From: Vicugna vicugna
Lineage: Eukaryota
DNA: 64,000 nt
Direction of reading: 5' to 3'
Assembly (NCBI GenBank): GCA_013265495.1
Contig: MU058636.1
Span: forward strand, 7,828,295-7,892,294
Below the pieces are notes generated by a model that made no database searches, was not told the origin of the DNA, and worked only from the letters and a program-made list of their open reading frames with translations. Positions 38,587 to 50,780 of the stretch are shown in pieces. The position numbers were made by a program, and so were the translations under genes. Positions within the stretch are counted from its first letter, which is position 1. Each line of letters starts with the position of its first letter.

Positions 38587-39319
38587 CCTGAAACCTCTCA
38601 GTGAAAACTTAGTTCAGAGACACTGAGAAAATTCAGCAGCCAGTGTATTCCATGACAAATAACATGGCACAGAGATTCAAGCCAGCACAAAGGAAAAAAA
38701 GATATCAAAGAATCACAGGGCCCTCTGAACACCATGTATCCTGCTGACTTTATTTGGCTGAGCTAAGGCATCACAACTTGAACATAGATCCACTTCTGAT
38801 TCACTGATACTTGTCAATTTTCCGGCAAGTGGTGGGCTAAGAGCATAGAAGTGGTCAGCACCCAAATGGGGGGAAAAGTTTCTTCACTTTTAATTTCATG
38901 ACTTACTAACATGTCTTATACTGTAGAAAATTCACCAACATTAATAACAAATATATGGCAGTCCTCCATTGAGGTTAAGATGGAGTAGGTTGTTTTTAAA
39001 AATAAATTATCTTAAGATAACTTCTATCATCTGAATGAGATAAATTTTCAATATTTAAAATAAATCTTCTAAAATTCTCCACAAAATTAAAAAAGTCAGA
39101 AGATAGCCTCTCTCAAGAAAAATACAACTGCTCAGCCTAATGGGTAAAGGCGTTGGTGGGGGAGGATGTGGGGGTATGAAGGGGAGGCAAAGGGTGGAGA
39201 CAGGGATATAAAAGATCAAGGTTAAAGCTTGTGAGTTTAATGACTTTCTCAGGTGCAGCTGGCTACTAGCCAACTCCTTAGGACAGCAGTTCTCCAAGTA
39301 TGAGTGATGGACCTCTGAG

Positions 39320-41055
39320 GATCACTGAGCCACTTTAAAGTATTTGAAAACTCAAAACTATCTTCATAATAATACTAGGACATTATTTGCCTTTTTCGTT
39401 GTGTCGTTTTGCATTGATGGTGCAAAAGCAATGATGGGTAAGACTTACCATATGATTCAGCAATCACACTTCTGGGTGTATATCCAGAGGAAACTCTAAC
39501 TTGAAAAGACACATGCATCCCAATGTTCATAGCAGCACTATTTACAATAGCCAAGACATGGAAGCAATCTAAATGTCCATCAACAGATGACTGGGCAAAG
39601 AAGATGTGGTATATATACATATGCAATGGAATACTACTCAGCCATAAATAAAGAATGAAATAATGCCATTTGCAGCAATGTGGATGGACCTGGAGATTAT
39701 CATACTATGTGAAGTAAGCCAGAAAAAGAAAAAAAAATACCATAGATATAACTTATATGTGGAATCTAAAAAAATGTGACAATTGAATTTATTTACAAAA
39801 CAGAAGCAAACTCACAGATATAGAAAACAAACTTTTGATTACCAGGGGGAAACTGGGGGGGAGATATTGGGAGTTTGGGATTTTCAGATACAAACTACTA
39901 TATATAAAAGATAAACAACAAGGTCCTACTGTATAGCACAAGGAACTATATTCAAGATGTGGTAACCTAAATAAAAAAGAATATATGTATATGTATAACT
40001 GAATCACTATGCTGTACACCAGAGATTAACACAACATTGTACATCAACTATGTTTCAATTAAAACAATAGCAATGATGGGCAAAACCATTTGTGGCTGAG
40101 CACAAATCATGGCAGTGGCTCCAAACTGTACTAGTATAATGTACTAACTTAATGTTAAATCAATGTGCTACTATAATTTACATTGTACTTCACCGCCACT
40201 CACTGGCAGGAGGGAAAAAAAAGCCAGAGAAGAGTTTCAATTTAAAACATCTGTTATGAAGCAATCAAATTATTAATTTGATTGAATATCAACCCTGAGT
40301 GTACATCAATTTTATACTCTGATGAAATGGGAAGTATGCAAAAAGTACTTCTACTATATCCTGAAGTGTGATGGTTGTCTCAATAAAAGCACTTGTACAG
40401 TTGTTTGAGTTGTGAGCTAAACTAGCCACTTTTTTCAGAGAATACCATTTTTACTTGAATCGTTGAGGAACGTTTATTTAAACTTGGGTGTTTGGCAGAC
40501 ATTTTCTCAACAATGAACCAGTGAGACTAGACTATTGCTTCAAGGAAAACAACTGACAAGTTTATCATTGGCAACAGCCAATGACAAAATTCAAGCTTTG
40601 CAGTGAAAATTGGAATTTTAGAAAAATTGTATTTGCCAGTGTAAGTTTGACAGGTTTCCAATGTAAGACTTTTCTGATGATTAGTGATATTAACAAATAT
40701 ATTTTATATTGTATAATGAAATGTGCCAACAATTGAAAGAAATGCATAACTCAGCGAATCAATATTCCAAATAACCAACACATCATGTTACAAAATGCCA
40801 CATGTTACAAAATATATGTATAATATATCCATTCAAAGTACAAGATAAACCAATAAATTTTAACAGGAATTGGAAAAGCTTCTGGATATGGTTTCAATTC
40901 CACAATGCAGCTCACCTTTAAGAAACCAACATTTGGTGTCATATCTAAGAATAGCTACAAACTATCTGAGAAGGTAATTAAAATACTCCCTTTTCCAAAT
41001 GTATAGCTGGGATTTCTTAGAACATATCAACCAAAGCAAGACATCACAACAGCTT
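39320..41055 (+). mobile_element. hAT Charlie1-type DNA transposon remnant (transposase fossil), interrupted by an L1
   Basis: Removing the L1 gives FCIDGAKAMMG|KTICG*AQIMAVAPNCTS...HC..HRHSLA, and later LLLYPEV*WLS. These are decayed CTDGA, HCxxHR and LLLHTEVRWLS motifs of Charlie/Buster transposases. Confidence 0.85.
39439..40068 (+). mobile_element. 5'-truncated L1 3' end with TSD
   Basis: 'cccaatgttcatagcagcactatttacaatagccaagacatggaagc' followed by 3'UTR; TSD agcaatgatggg at 39427-39438 and 40069-40080. Confidence 0.95.
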
Positions 41056-41056
41056 C

Positions 41057-41275
41057 ATAGTGGCTTTAAAATATGTCCGCAGATTCTCTGACAATCCTCC
41101 CCTCAAAAGGTGTATTCTGACGGTCAGACTTAATGACTCATTTCCAGTAAATAGAATGTGACAAAAGTGATAGTGTGTGACTGGCAATACTTCATAAAGG
41201 CATTGTGGTTTTCTCTTTGCTCTCTCTGAACACCTGGGGTAAGCCAGCTGCTGTGGTGTGAAGACACCAAAAGAT
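41057..41275 (+). mobile_element. MaLR LTR 5' fragment (MLT1-type)
   Basis: 'aaaatatgtccgcagattctctgacaatcctccc...gacttaatgactca...aatagaatgtgacaaaagtgatagtgtgtgact'. Confidence 0.7.
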
Positions 41276-41489
41276 TTGAGAACCTCAGCCTTCAGTGACA
41301 GGTCAAAGGATCAAGCCAATGGATCTTAATGTGAGGTGAGGATTTCCTTCAGGTAACTTCAAGATTCAACTATGGCCCAAAACAGCATCAGGCTTCCTGT
41401 GGGTCATGGATCATGTATTACATCAGAAATCAGCTAAATCCAGCCCACTATCTGATTTTATAAATAAAGATTTATTGGGACACAGCCAG

Positions 41490-41892
41490 GCCTAAGAATG
41501 CTTAAGACCTAGTCTCAGCAAATTTCAAGTATACGTTATTATTAACAATAGTCACCACGCTGTACTTAGATCACCAGACTCTATTCATCTTATAACTGAA
41601 AACTTACACACATTGACCAACATCTCCCAGTCTCCTCTACTCTCCAGTCCCTGGCAATCACCATCCTACCCTCTGTTTCTATGAGTTTTCTTTTTTAGAT
41701 TCCACATTAAGTGGAATTAAGTGTCTTTCTCTGTCTGACTTATTTCATGTACCACAACATCCTCCAGGTTCATCCATGTGGCTGCAAATGGCAAGATTTG
41801 CCTAATAGTAGGAGAGTTTAATACCCTGCTTTCAGCAATGGATAGATCATCCAGACAGAAAATCAGTAAGGAAACACTGGACTTGAACTGCA
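41490..41892 (-). mobile_element. L1 3' region (antisense) joined to an inverted ORF2 endonuclease fragment
   Basis: About 41490-41797 is antisense L1 (minus frame QILPFAATWMNLEDVVVHEISQTEKD); about 41803-41892 is sense IVGEFNTLLSAMDRSSRQKISKETLDLN, matching the L1 EN 'IVGDFNTPLS..DRS.RQK' region. Confidence 0.88.
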
Positions 41893-42392
41893 TTTTTTTT
41901 TTTTTACCAAAGTCTTCCTGTACCTCACAGGCACCTAGTTTGAAGACTACTGGAGTGAGGACCCAAGAAACCTCAGATGAGTAAGGAGTGAAGTGAGGAC
42001 AAGAGAGGAAGGTCGACTGTGAAAAGCTGTAGGGCCACTGGTTCAGAGACTTTGATGAAGTTAGGTGGAAGGTCATGATAAAGTAGGAAAAGGAAAACCA
42101 ACAGAACATGAACAAGAAAATGGAAAACAAAATTTATTTCAAGAAAAAAAGGAGAGAAAATAAGAGAAAAACAATATGGGAGTGTTTGCACACTGTTGGG
42201 GTGGGAGTCAGAGGGTGGGAGAGTACCAGGACACAGCACATCCAGAAAGGTCTGTTTCCTCAGATGCCTTCATGATGACCAGTCTACTCCTGCTCAAGTC
42301 CATCTTGTTCACGACTGTGTACAAGTTCCTGGCACATGGGAAATGCTCAAAAAAGATGCATGACTAATAGAATGTACTTATGAAGTTTAGAA

Positions 42393-42892
42393 TGAGAATG
42401 AAAAATATTGCCTGCCACATGAGTAAACAAAGGGTGCTGCGACCATCAAGTCATTAGCCACCAACACCACCCCACCACCCCCAACAATGAGAACTCAGGA
42501 TGGAGACAAGCAGGCAGCCCAGCCTCTGCCAGCATCTCCAACAGTGCACCTGAGGGAACTCAGCCTGGGAAAGCACAGGACACTGGCCCTAGATAGCTAG
42601 GTGTACAGCAGAGGAATGATTTCAGTGAGCCCAGACTTTTGCACCTTCCCATATACAGAAAAGCACTAAGTTCCTTAGCCTGAGATATCTGGTTTTCTTT
42701 AATTAACAGTAATCTTTTGATGTTCTAACTACCTGGTTTTTGTTGCAAAAATGCCTGTATGTCCTGGCTCCTCCCCTGTCTCTTCGGAGCAGTCTCTCAG
42801 AGGCTTTATCCCAGGCTTAAGTCCTCAGAAATTTCTACCAAATGAAACATAACTCTCAACTTTTAGATTGTGCATTTTGTTTTCAGTCCACA
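42393..42892 (+). mobile_element. ERV1-class solo LTR
   Basis: About 500 bp, TG...CA-like ends; 3' end 'aaacataactctcaacttttagattgtgcattttgttttcagtccaca' is typical of mammalian ERV1 LTR U5. Confidence 0.7.
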
Positions 42893-45739
42893 AGCCTGCT
42901 AGGCACTATTCAGGGAAAACTTCCTCTGCCTATCTGCCTTGACTCTCAATGCCAGAAGTGAAAATACAATGACTGTATCTACAGTTTTTATAGTACCACT
43001 TCCTAATTTTCATTACATCGACTTTGTATAGAAATAACTTGTTGAGGTTTTCTAAAAGACACTTTTAACGTATAAAAAATATACTCCACTCTGCAATGGT
43101 AGCTCTGTTGGCTCTGCTGCCCCTCCCTCCCCTTCCCCTGCAGGGTTTGTGGAAATCTCTTGCTTTCCTACTCTGCACTCGTAATACTCTGCTCATATTT
43201 ATTGTGCTGAAAGAATCAAGACCCAATTCTGTTCCCTTCTGGACTTCAGGGCACATTTGTTCAAGAAGCATATTTTCCCAGGCTGCCGATTGTTGGTTCA
43301 TCTTCACCTGGCTGTCTGGGGAGGTGGGGCCCCCACGCCGACTTTCCACTTGACAGTCAATGTCATTCACACACAACACTGCTGATGAGGATGCCTCCGT
43401 GTGAAGCCGCAAACTAAGGCAAAGAATATAGCGCTGTGTTTGGCTCAGAGCCGTTTCAGTAACAGTGTTCTGTGTTTTTTATAGATGATCAACTCCAGTA
43501 TTGTTAAACTATTATACTTCTGGGGTTTTAGCTGTTTTTCCACAAAAGCAAATACATTTTGGGCATCTGAAGGCTCATGCCTAAGTAGATTTTCCCAGTA
43601 TTTGAGGGTTGAGCTGAGGAATGAAGAGCAAAGCTACAGCCAGACACTGGGAATTCCCAGGGCCAGACACTATGGGGTAGAATTCAGCCTAAATATTTCA
43701 AACCCCTTAGCTCCCTCCCCTCACTCTCTCTCCTAATCCTATCTCTTGCTAATTCTTTCAAAATTAGCTTTTCTCTCCTAACACCCCAAGTTGCCCTTTT
43801 GCTGTTATGAAATTGCAAATCACATCAAGGAAAACCTATCTTTGAGAAGTACCTAAGAGGCACATGATGAACTGCAAAGCTCCCACGGAGCAATTTAAAA
43901 TGATGAATATCCTTCTCAAACATCCTTTTCAAAATTGCACATGGACTTCAGCCAGTCACAAGTCGGAGATGTGGAGGATGCATTAAACTCCCCATCTGCT
44001 TTTCACATGGCTCATCACCGACTTCTAACCCACGGTAAGTCGCCTGGCCACACCAACAGAGCTGATGGCCACGGGCGGCTCCCAGCAGCCGAGGGGTGTA
44101 GCCCGAGGAAGGGAAGATGCGTCCGTGGCATCGGTATGTTTCTCCTACCTGCACCCTGATGTGACTCACTGCTATTCCAGAAAGAGTTCTACCCACTGTT
44201 CTCAGAAGAAGAAACCCAACCCTGAGGTACATCTTAGAGTTTGAGAAAATAAAAGCTCTATAGGGATAACTTCAGACCTGCTTTCATTAAAGCAGCTTCA
44301 GTGCATCTCCTCTCCCTTCGATCACAGCAGCATGTGTAACTCGTTTCTCCCTGTGTCGGGTCTCAGTAACAGAACCACTTTTTTTTTTTCTAGATTGTGT
44401 ATCATTCACTGATTAGATGAGACAAATAGATATTTCCTTTTTCACAGGCCATGAGAGGGCACTGTAGGTTGCAGGAGGTAAAATGAAGGCCACCGTAATG
44501 AAGGCCAGTAACCCCAAGGCACAGTGAATGTAATTTCTGAGCAGGGTCTCAAACTGGGCAGACAAGATGGCCACCTTCCTCTGCCATACGAGCCCCGCCC
44601 CACCTCCGCTAACTGCTGAAGGGCGATAGAAATTATGAAAGGTCATACTCGGAGCTGGCAGAAGACAGATTGTGAAGTAGGAATGTTTGGTGCCATTTTG
44701 GCCCCACTGCCTGCTGGGTCTCCTCACACTGGCTGCCCAGCAGGACTTGCCCTTTTGGGAATGTTCCAGAAGACAGTCCCTTGGAATGTCCCTGGGATCT
44801 CTCAGTGCCATTTTCTATTATCTACTCTCCACCCTCCCCTCTCTTATGTCCATTTTTTCTGCCCTGTGACCAGCTCATCCCCTAAGTATCAGACCTCTCA
44901 GAATTCAAATTTAAGAATGAACTCATATAATCTGCTCAGGTGCTAATGGCTAATGCAGAGTGAAACACTGTCTCCCCTTTCCCTCCAGGGAACAGAACAC
45001 ATTTTAAACAGGGGCTTCTTATAAACTATTAATTTTCCAGCCCAGAGGAAGAGTTTCCCTGCTGGGAAACTTCAAGTAAGAAAGGAGAAGAAAAGATATC
45101 TTTGGAGAAGCATGTCAGTGATGTAGACAGCATGTCAGTTCTGAGACATTCCACATGACAGCTGTTTTCTGGGTCCTGGTCATAACCTCACTGTAATCGT
45201 CACGACCCTTTGGTCCTATAGAATAGTCTTATCCTGGTGACCTCGAATAAGAGGGGAGTTATTAAAAGATATACATTGAAATGAGAGCACCTGGAATATC
45301 AAGGGAACCCGTGAATAGCCATGGCTAATCAGTTTAATAGAAATGAAAATGTAGTTTGGAAAGTGGAAAATAATTCAGATTTAAGGAAAATCTACAGCTT
45401 GGAGAGCAGGGGTTCACCCACTCCCTCTCCATCATGGGGACTCAGTGCCTCTGGCTTCTGCATCCTCACAGCTGTCAGCCAACCACCTCTTCCTCGCCTC
45501 TGCGTGTGCTTTTATTTCTGCTAGCTCATAACTATTGCTTATTCATAACTTCTGCTTACTCACAACTTCAGCCTACACGTAGCCCCTGCTAGCTCATAGT
45601 CCCTGGCTATGTGCTTTTAGCTTCTGTTCTGGGTTCTAAATGACCCACTCAAATACTTCCAGTTTGAATGTCCTAGAAGAAGCTACCTGGATCAGTTGAT
45701 TAGCATTCTTCTTGGTGAGGTAGAACCCCTGTGTACCAG

Positions 45740-46285
45740 ACCTCAGCCAAACAGTTCTTAGTGGCTAAGAATCAACTTGGCTGGTTTAAGCAAAAAAACA
45801 AAACAAAACAAAACAAAAAAAAACCCAAAAAAGCAAAACAAAAAACAGAATTTATTGGAAGGATACTGGATCAGAGAGAGGCTCAGAATATTAACAAAGA
45901 CAAAGGGACGCTGAGCAGCCAGAATCACAGCCAAATCCTATCTCCAAATTAGCCAGAAGCAGACACTACCCGCATCACTGAACAGAAGGAGCTGTAACTT
46001 GTAACTGACATGCGGGCACTGGAAACCAGATCATTACTGCTTGTCCCCTGGCCCCTGCTGGCCCTGGTAACAATGTCCACATTGTTGCAATTACTGCCAG
46101 AAAGAGCTCTCCTCATTTCAGTTCCCCTGTATGACCAAGTTCCAACTCCAGGTCTAAGGAAGGTGTATTTGACTGGCCACATCTAGGTCACATGCTCTCA
46201 CCCGAGCTGCATGGGAGCTGGGTGGAGATGGGGAGGGTGGAAAAGACTATATGGCCTTTCCGGCTTCCTCTATGGGAACTGGGCT
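45740..46285. mobile_element. Old MaLR LTR fragment with an internal A-rich simple repeat
   Basis: 'ttcttagtggctaagaatcaacttggctggtttaagc...gaatttattggaaggatactgg...gactggccacatctaggtcacatgc'. Confidence 0.55.
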
Positions 46286-47154
46286 CTGCCTCTCACCACG
46301 TCTCAAATGATGGAGAATTCCTCCAATATAGTAAGAGGGCTTGATGATGGGCAGCTAAGTAGAAACTGAGGGCATCCATTACACTTGAGGAAGAGCCAAT
46401 GAGTTCTGCTCTGGGGAGCAGAACACTCACTCAGCAGTGGGCTATGGGCAGGGTGGGCATTTGACTGGCCAGTCCAAGGCAATCTCATAACCATAAAGGC
46501 AGAGGAAATTCTTTCATGTGCACTATTTGTTTGAAACCTCACCAGGCACACTTATATTCAAAGTTAGTATTTATATGTCTGTCTGGGTGGTTGGACTGTA
46601 AGCATTTTAGGGCAGAAATGTTGTCTTTACTTTTATCTCCCTAGTGCCCAGGGCACTGCCTGGCATATAGCAGATGCTCCAAAACTGTCTGTCAAATTTC
46701 ACAGGACTCTGGCCCAGGAATTTTTTCTACAGCATTAGATAACAAATTTCTCCATGCTTTTGGGAAGACCATGATTTAAACAAGCAAATAAACAAAAAGG
46801 ACTATTGACACATTCCAAAAGACCAAAAGAAGCAAGAATTTCTGCGACCTGCACTCTCCTCAGAGTTATTTCAGTTCCTTTACAGAGCCCAGATCTCTGA
46901 GACTGTGGCAGATGGAAGGTGAGAACTAGTTGAAAGAAGAGAGTTGGAGGCATGAGAGAGTGGATGGAGTTTGAGGAGGAAGCATCAAAAGTGGTCAGAG
47001 ATGAAGGAATCAAGGACAGGGAGCAGAGGATGAGACCAGGGAGTATTAAAAAAATATATATAAGTTTCCTGATAACCTAGAAGGAAATTAGAGAATGGAC
47101 AAAGGAATTCTGAATGCTGCTTTGGTGGAAGCAAGGAAGGAAAGATAGGACTAA

Positions 47155-47365
47155 CATTTTTAAGCACTTACTACGTGCAGGACAATTGCTAGGAACTGTG
47201 TGTGTGTGTGTTTGTGTGTGTGTATTTAACCCTCACAACAACCTAATAAAGTGTTTCTGTTTTATAGATAAGAAAAATGAAACTCAGAGAGGTTAAGTGA
47301 TTGGCTCAAGTCACACAAATAAGTGACAGCATCAGATGACTCTCCATGTGATTCCAAATTCCACA
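47155..47365 (-). mobile_element. MIR SINE remnant containing a (TG)n microsatellite
   Basis: 'aagcacttactacgtgcagg...(tg)n...atagataagaaaaatgaaactcagagaggttaagtgattggctcaagtcacaca'. Confidence 0.85.
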
Positions 47366-49064
47366 TTTTTAAAAACCAATCCATCTCTCTCTGCGTAAGA
47401 TGGAAGAGGGCTGGCGGTAGGAGGGGAGGTGGGATGATGATGGTCACTAGAGACTGGAACTATGTCTCCAAACTGTGCCTGAAAACTTCCAGGCCCTTGA
47501 ATGGTTCCTAACGTACTTTTGAAAACTTCTTATGGAAGCCAATTTGACACATTTTCTAGATCATTTGTATATGAAATTTTAAAAAATAAAGACAAGAGAA
47601 GCTTTGCCTCCCATATCAATTTTGAAACGGTTTGTGGTCATTTGTTATAGCAGCCCTAGGAAACCAAGTTCAGAAGATACCAGGGAAGCCCTTACAGATG
47701 ATTTATTATTCAATTATTTTGCATTGAAATACAATTGGTATATAACAAACCAATGACCTCATGGATATTACTGCTGTGATGACGCGAAGTAAAAATCTAA
47801 GGTAAAATATTAAGTACCTAATAGAGCAAGTGGTAGATGGATGTAACAAAACTCATGAAAGTGGCATGTGAATGGGCAAAGTTTAAGATACAAATGCAAG
47901 TGTGCTGGGAGAGTGGCAGGTCTCTGAATCTGCCCTCCGGACAAGGCAGCTCATTCCAGCACCTTGCATTTTAGATCCTGTACAGAAAGATGCACATAGA
48001 AAAGATTAACATGAGGACAATTCCCCTGGAAAGGGAAGGGCAAGAGATAGAGCCTTTCTTCACTTACCCGGGGTGCCTCCTAGTTAAGCCGGATGCCCTC
48101 ATCCATCACTACCTGGAGAACCACTGAAAATGGGCACAACTACCATGATCCCAGGAGCTGGGCACTGGTAGTGGCAGTATTTATGCAAGTTTATATGGTC
48201 ACTGAGACTCAAGCAGCATCTTTTTATGTGGATTTGCATGATTTGTTTTCCTGGCCACAGGTGGATGGTGTTAGGGTGAATGCAGCAGGGCAGGGCGGAG
48301 CAGGGGCTGGAGGAAAAGGTGGCTGTACCAACACTTCCCAGGGCCCAGCTCTTCGCAGGCCACAGAGGCCAGAGAGCCACCTGGATTTTTGAATGTCAGA
48401 GTGGAAGAGACCTCAGACATCAAATGAGCCAAATCTCTCATTTTTCAGTTGAAAACCAGGAACCCAGAGTCGCTGGGTGAAGGTCACGCGGCTGATTGGT
48501 AACCGAAGTTAGTCGTATCAGCAAAAGGCTCCCTTTCCTGAAATCCTTTAAGATGTATGACTCTCTCTATGCCAGTTACCGGATAGGGACTTTTATGATT
48601 GCCTGTCTCCTTGACAGTGATAGAAACTGCAATCCTATTCGACTCATCTGATGATTTGGCACAGGATTGAGAAAGGAAAGGAGAGAAATGCTAAAGGAGA
48701 GACGTCCGAGGCGAAGCTCGTCACAGGACGGGGCGATGCCCCCACGCGGCTCAGAGCTGGGCTTGCTTTGATGCATGGGGGCTCGTGGTTTAGAGTGGGG
48801 GCATCGCGGGACTCAAACGATGTAAGAGGGGAAGAAACTTGGAGGAAAGACGCTTTTGCCTGCAGGGAGAGGTCCCTGAGTCCCCAAAGAAACTGCGTCC
48901 TGGAATCAACACAGACACAAAAGTTAAGGGCACCACACCTGCCTTTCCCAGATGGGGCTCCCTGCGCAAACGCCTCCTCCTCCTCCAAGATTTTCCTACG
49001 CTGGCGAAGCTCCTCCCTCGCCAGAGCGGGGCTCTGGTCCTAGAGCTCAGCGCCCGCAGGAGCG

Positions 49065-49130
49065 GCGGCTGGGGGGCGGAGGGGAGTGGGCCCCGCCATT
49101 GGTTGTGCAGCCGGAGGGGCGGAGGGAAGG
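49065..49130 (+). promoter_or_regulatory. TATA-less core promoter: Sp/KLF GC boxes flanking an inverted CCAAT box
   Basis: GGGGCGGAG at about 49073-49081 and 49116-49124; ATTGG at 49098-49102; a second NF-Y-like CTGATTGG at about 48492-48499. Confidence 0.75.
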
Positions 49131-49139
49131 CTCCAGTTG

Positions 49140-49317
49140 AGCTCGGCGCTCGCCCGTGCGCCCGGCCGCGCGCCGCACCCGAGCGCCCCACATCCCCGCG
49201 GAAGGCTTCGCGGGCGCGGATCGCCAAGACCCGGGAGCCCGCGAGGAGCTCGGCGCAGCCCCGTCCCACCCCGAGCGCAGGAGCTGGCGGGGGAGATCCG
49301 CGCGTCCCGGCCCGCAG
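49140..49317 (+). other. Probable non-coding first exon (5'UTR) of an unidentified gene; start approximate
   Basis: Lies just downstream of the GC/CCAAT boxes, contains no ATG, and ends at the donor-like CAG|GTCAGT (GT at 49318-49319). Confidence 0.55.
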
Positions 49318-50653
49318 GTCAGTGAGGGGCTCCGGACGCCGCACGCAAGCGCAGGCAGGGGAGTGGGGAGCCGGGGACCCGCGGGGTGCCGAGCGCTGGA
49401 GGAGGGCTTGCCTTCTGCGAGGCGCATCCTGACTCCTCGTCTGGGGCGACTTCGGGTCCCGAGGCCCCGTTCTCAACTGAGCCGCCTCGCAAACTCCCCG
49501 GCTCCCAGCGGTTTGGCTCCTTGCTCTGGACACCCCCGAATCTGGCCCCTTTACGCCAGTCACGTCCTTACGGCTGGCGAGTAGCCTGCGAAGCCTGGGT
49601 CTCCCTATTCTTGGGGTGGCTACATGGGGCTACAGTAGGACACAACGTCCTTGGTGCTGGGATGACCCGCTTCTGTCCCGAACACAGGGAGCCGGGGAGG
49701 TCTGCCCTCGTGTCTGCCGCTGCAAAGGCTGACCGATTCCTCAGTGCAAGCGCAGACAGGTATACACTTTGCAGAGCGTGTTTCTAGGTGCATTCTGGTT
49801 ATTTCGCCTTTGTAGTGTGTGGGGTCTTTCCTGTGTTTGGCGCCTACCTGGATTTCTAGGGTCATCCGTCCTTTCCCGGGGACTCGCCGCGCGCACACGG
49901 ACTGCCCGCTTGGTACCTTACCTTGCTCGCGTTGAGTCTTTCCCCCCGTCTTCGGCGACTTCAAATCCAGGGAAGTTCTACCTGGCGCTGAACACGCTGG
50001 CGTTTCCCAGTGGTGGTTTCCCGAGTTCCCAGAAAACCTAGTAGGAAACCGCGCCAGCTACCTTGCCTTTTCTCTTTTCCCTGATCTGATGAGTCGCTGG
50101 AATCCTGTGTTTCCTTGCCGAGGTGCGTGGATCATGGGCAAATTGTTTGAGTTCTAATTGAGATGGGAGGTGTGATGTGCAGTCCTGCGGGGAGTCCTTC
50201 ATTTACAGAAACATCTTGTTGAGTACCAGATCGGGTTAGCAGGCTGCACCTGCTCGCTTTCCACCGCCAGATGCCTGGGGCCCCGCTGGTCCTGGGTTTG
50301 TGTCAGACTCTGAAGACACGATCTGTTTCTTAATGTCCTTCATTTGCTCTGCCCGTTCAAATTCCTTCGGAAAATTTTCTGCTAAAATACTTGGGTGGTT
50401 CTTTGCGGGAGATAATGGTATCCGATGGCTCCAAGACGGCTCAAAGCCATCGCCTTTGGTTCAGTTCATACTACAGGTGCGAAGGGCGGGAAATGGGCAG
50501 CGATTACGTCCCAGGCCCGACCCGAGGGAACCACTCCCCAAGCTCTTTCTCCGCAGGTGCTTTTCACTTTAGATTTCCCATTGTCATACATTGCCTGTCA
50601 ATAGGAAAAGAGGCAAGATAAGCGACACTCTTTTCTTAAGAGGTTTACTTCTT

Positions 50654-50780
50654 TTGGGGGTAGGGGGAGGTAATTAGGTTTATTTATTTATTTTAATGGA
50701 GGTACTGGGGATTGAACCTAGGACCTCCTGCATGCTAAGTATGCACTCTACCACTGAGCTATACCCTCCCCCAAGATCCC
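50654..50780 (-). mobile_element. tRNA-derived SINE (camelid Vic-1-like), full length, copy 1
   Basis: Minus strand reads gggggagggtaTAGCTCAGTGGtagagtgcatacttagcatgcaggaggtcctaGGTTCAATCCccagtacctcc plus tail (A and B boxes); TSD aagaggtttacttctt (50638-50653) vs aagaggttcacctctt (50781-50796). Confidence 0.92.

Larger units (their letters stand above)
48700..50560. promoter_or_regulatory. CpG island (core about 48950-49600)
   Basis: Abrupt rise in GC and CpG density (e.g. cgcccgtgcgcccggccgcgcgccgcacccgagcg) in an otherwise CpG-depleted window. Confidence 0.95.

Noticed and set aside
48644..50041. Many long overlapping ORFs on both strands (up to 257 aa)
   Set aside because: They are Arg/Pro/Gly/Ala-rich, low-complexity translations expected from stop-codon scarcity in a CpG island, with no recognisable domain
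50690..50772. tRNA-like sequence (A and B boxes), also at +574
   Set aside because: The AT-rich tail and TSDs show it is a tRNA-derived SINE, not a tRNA gene
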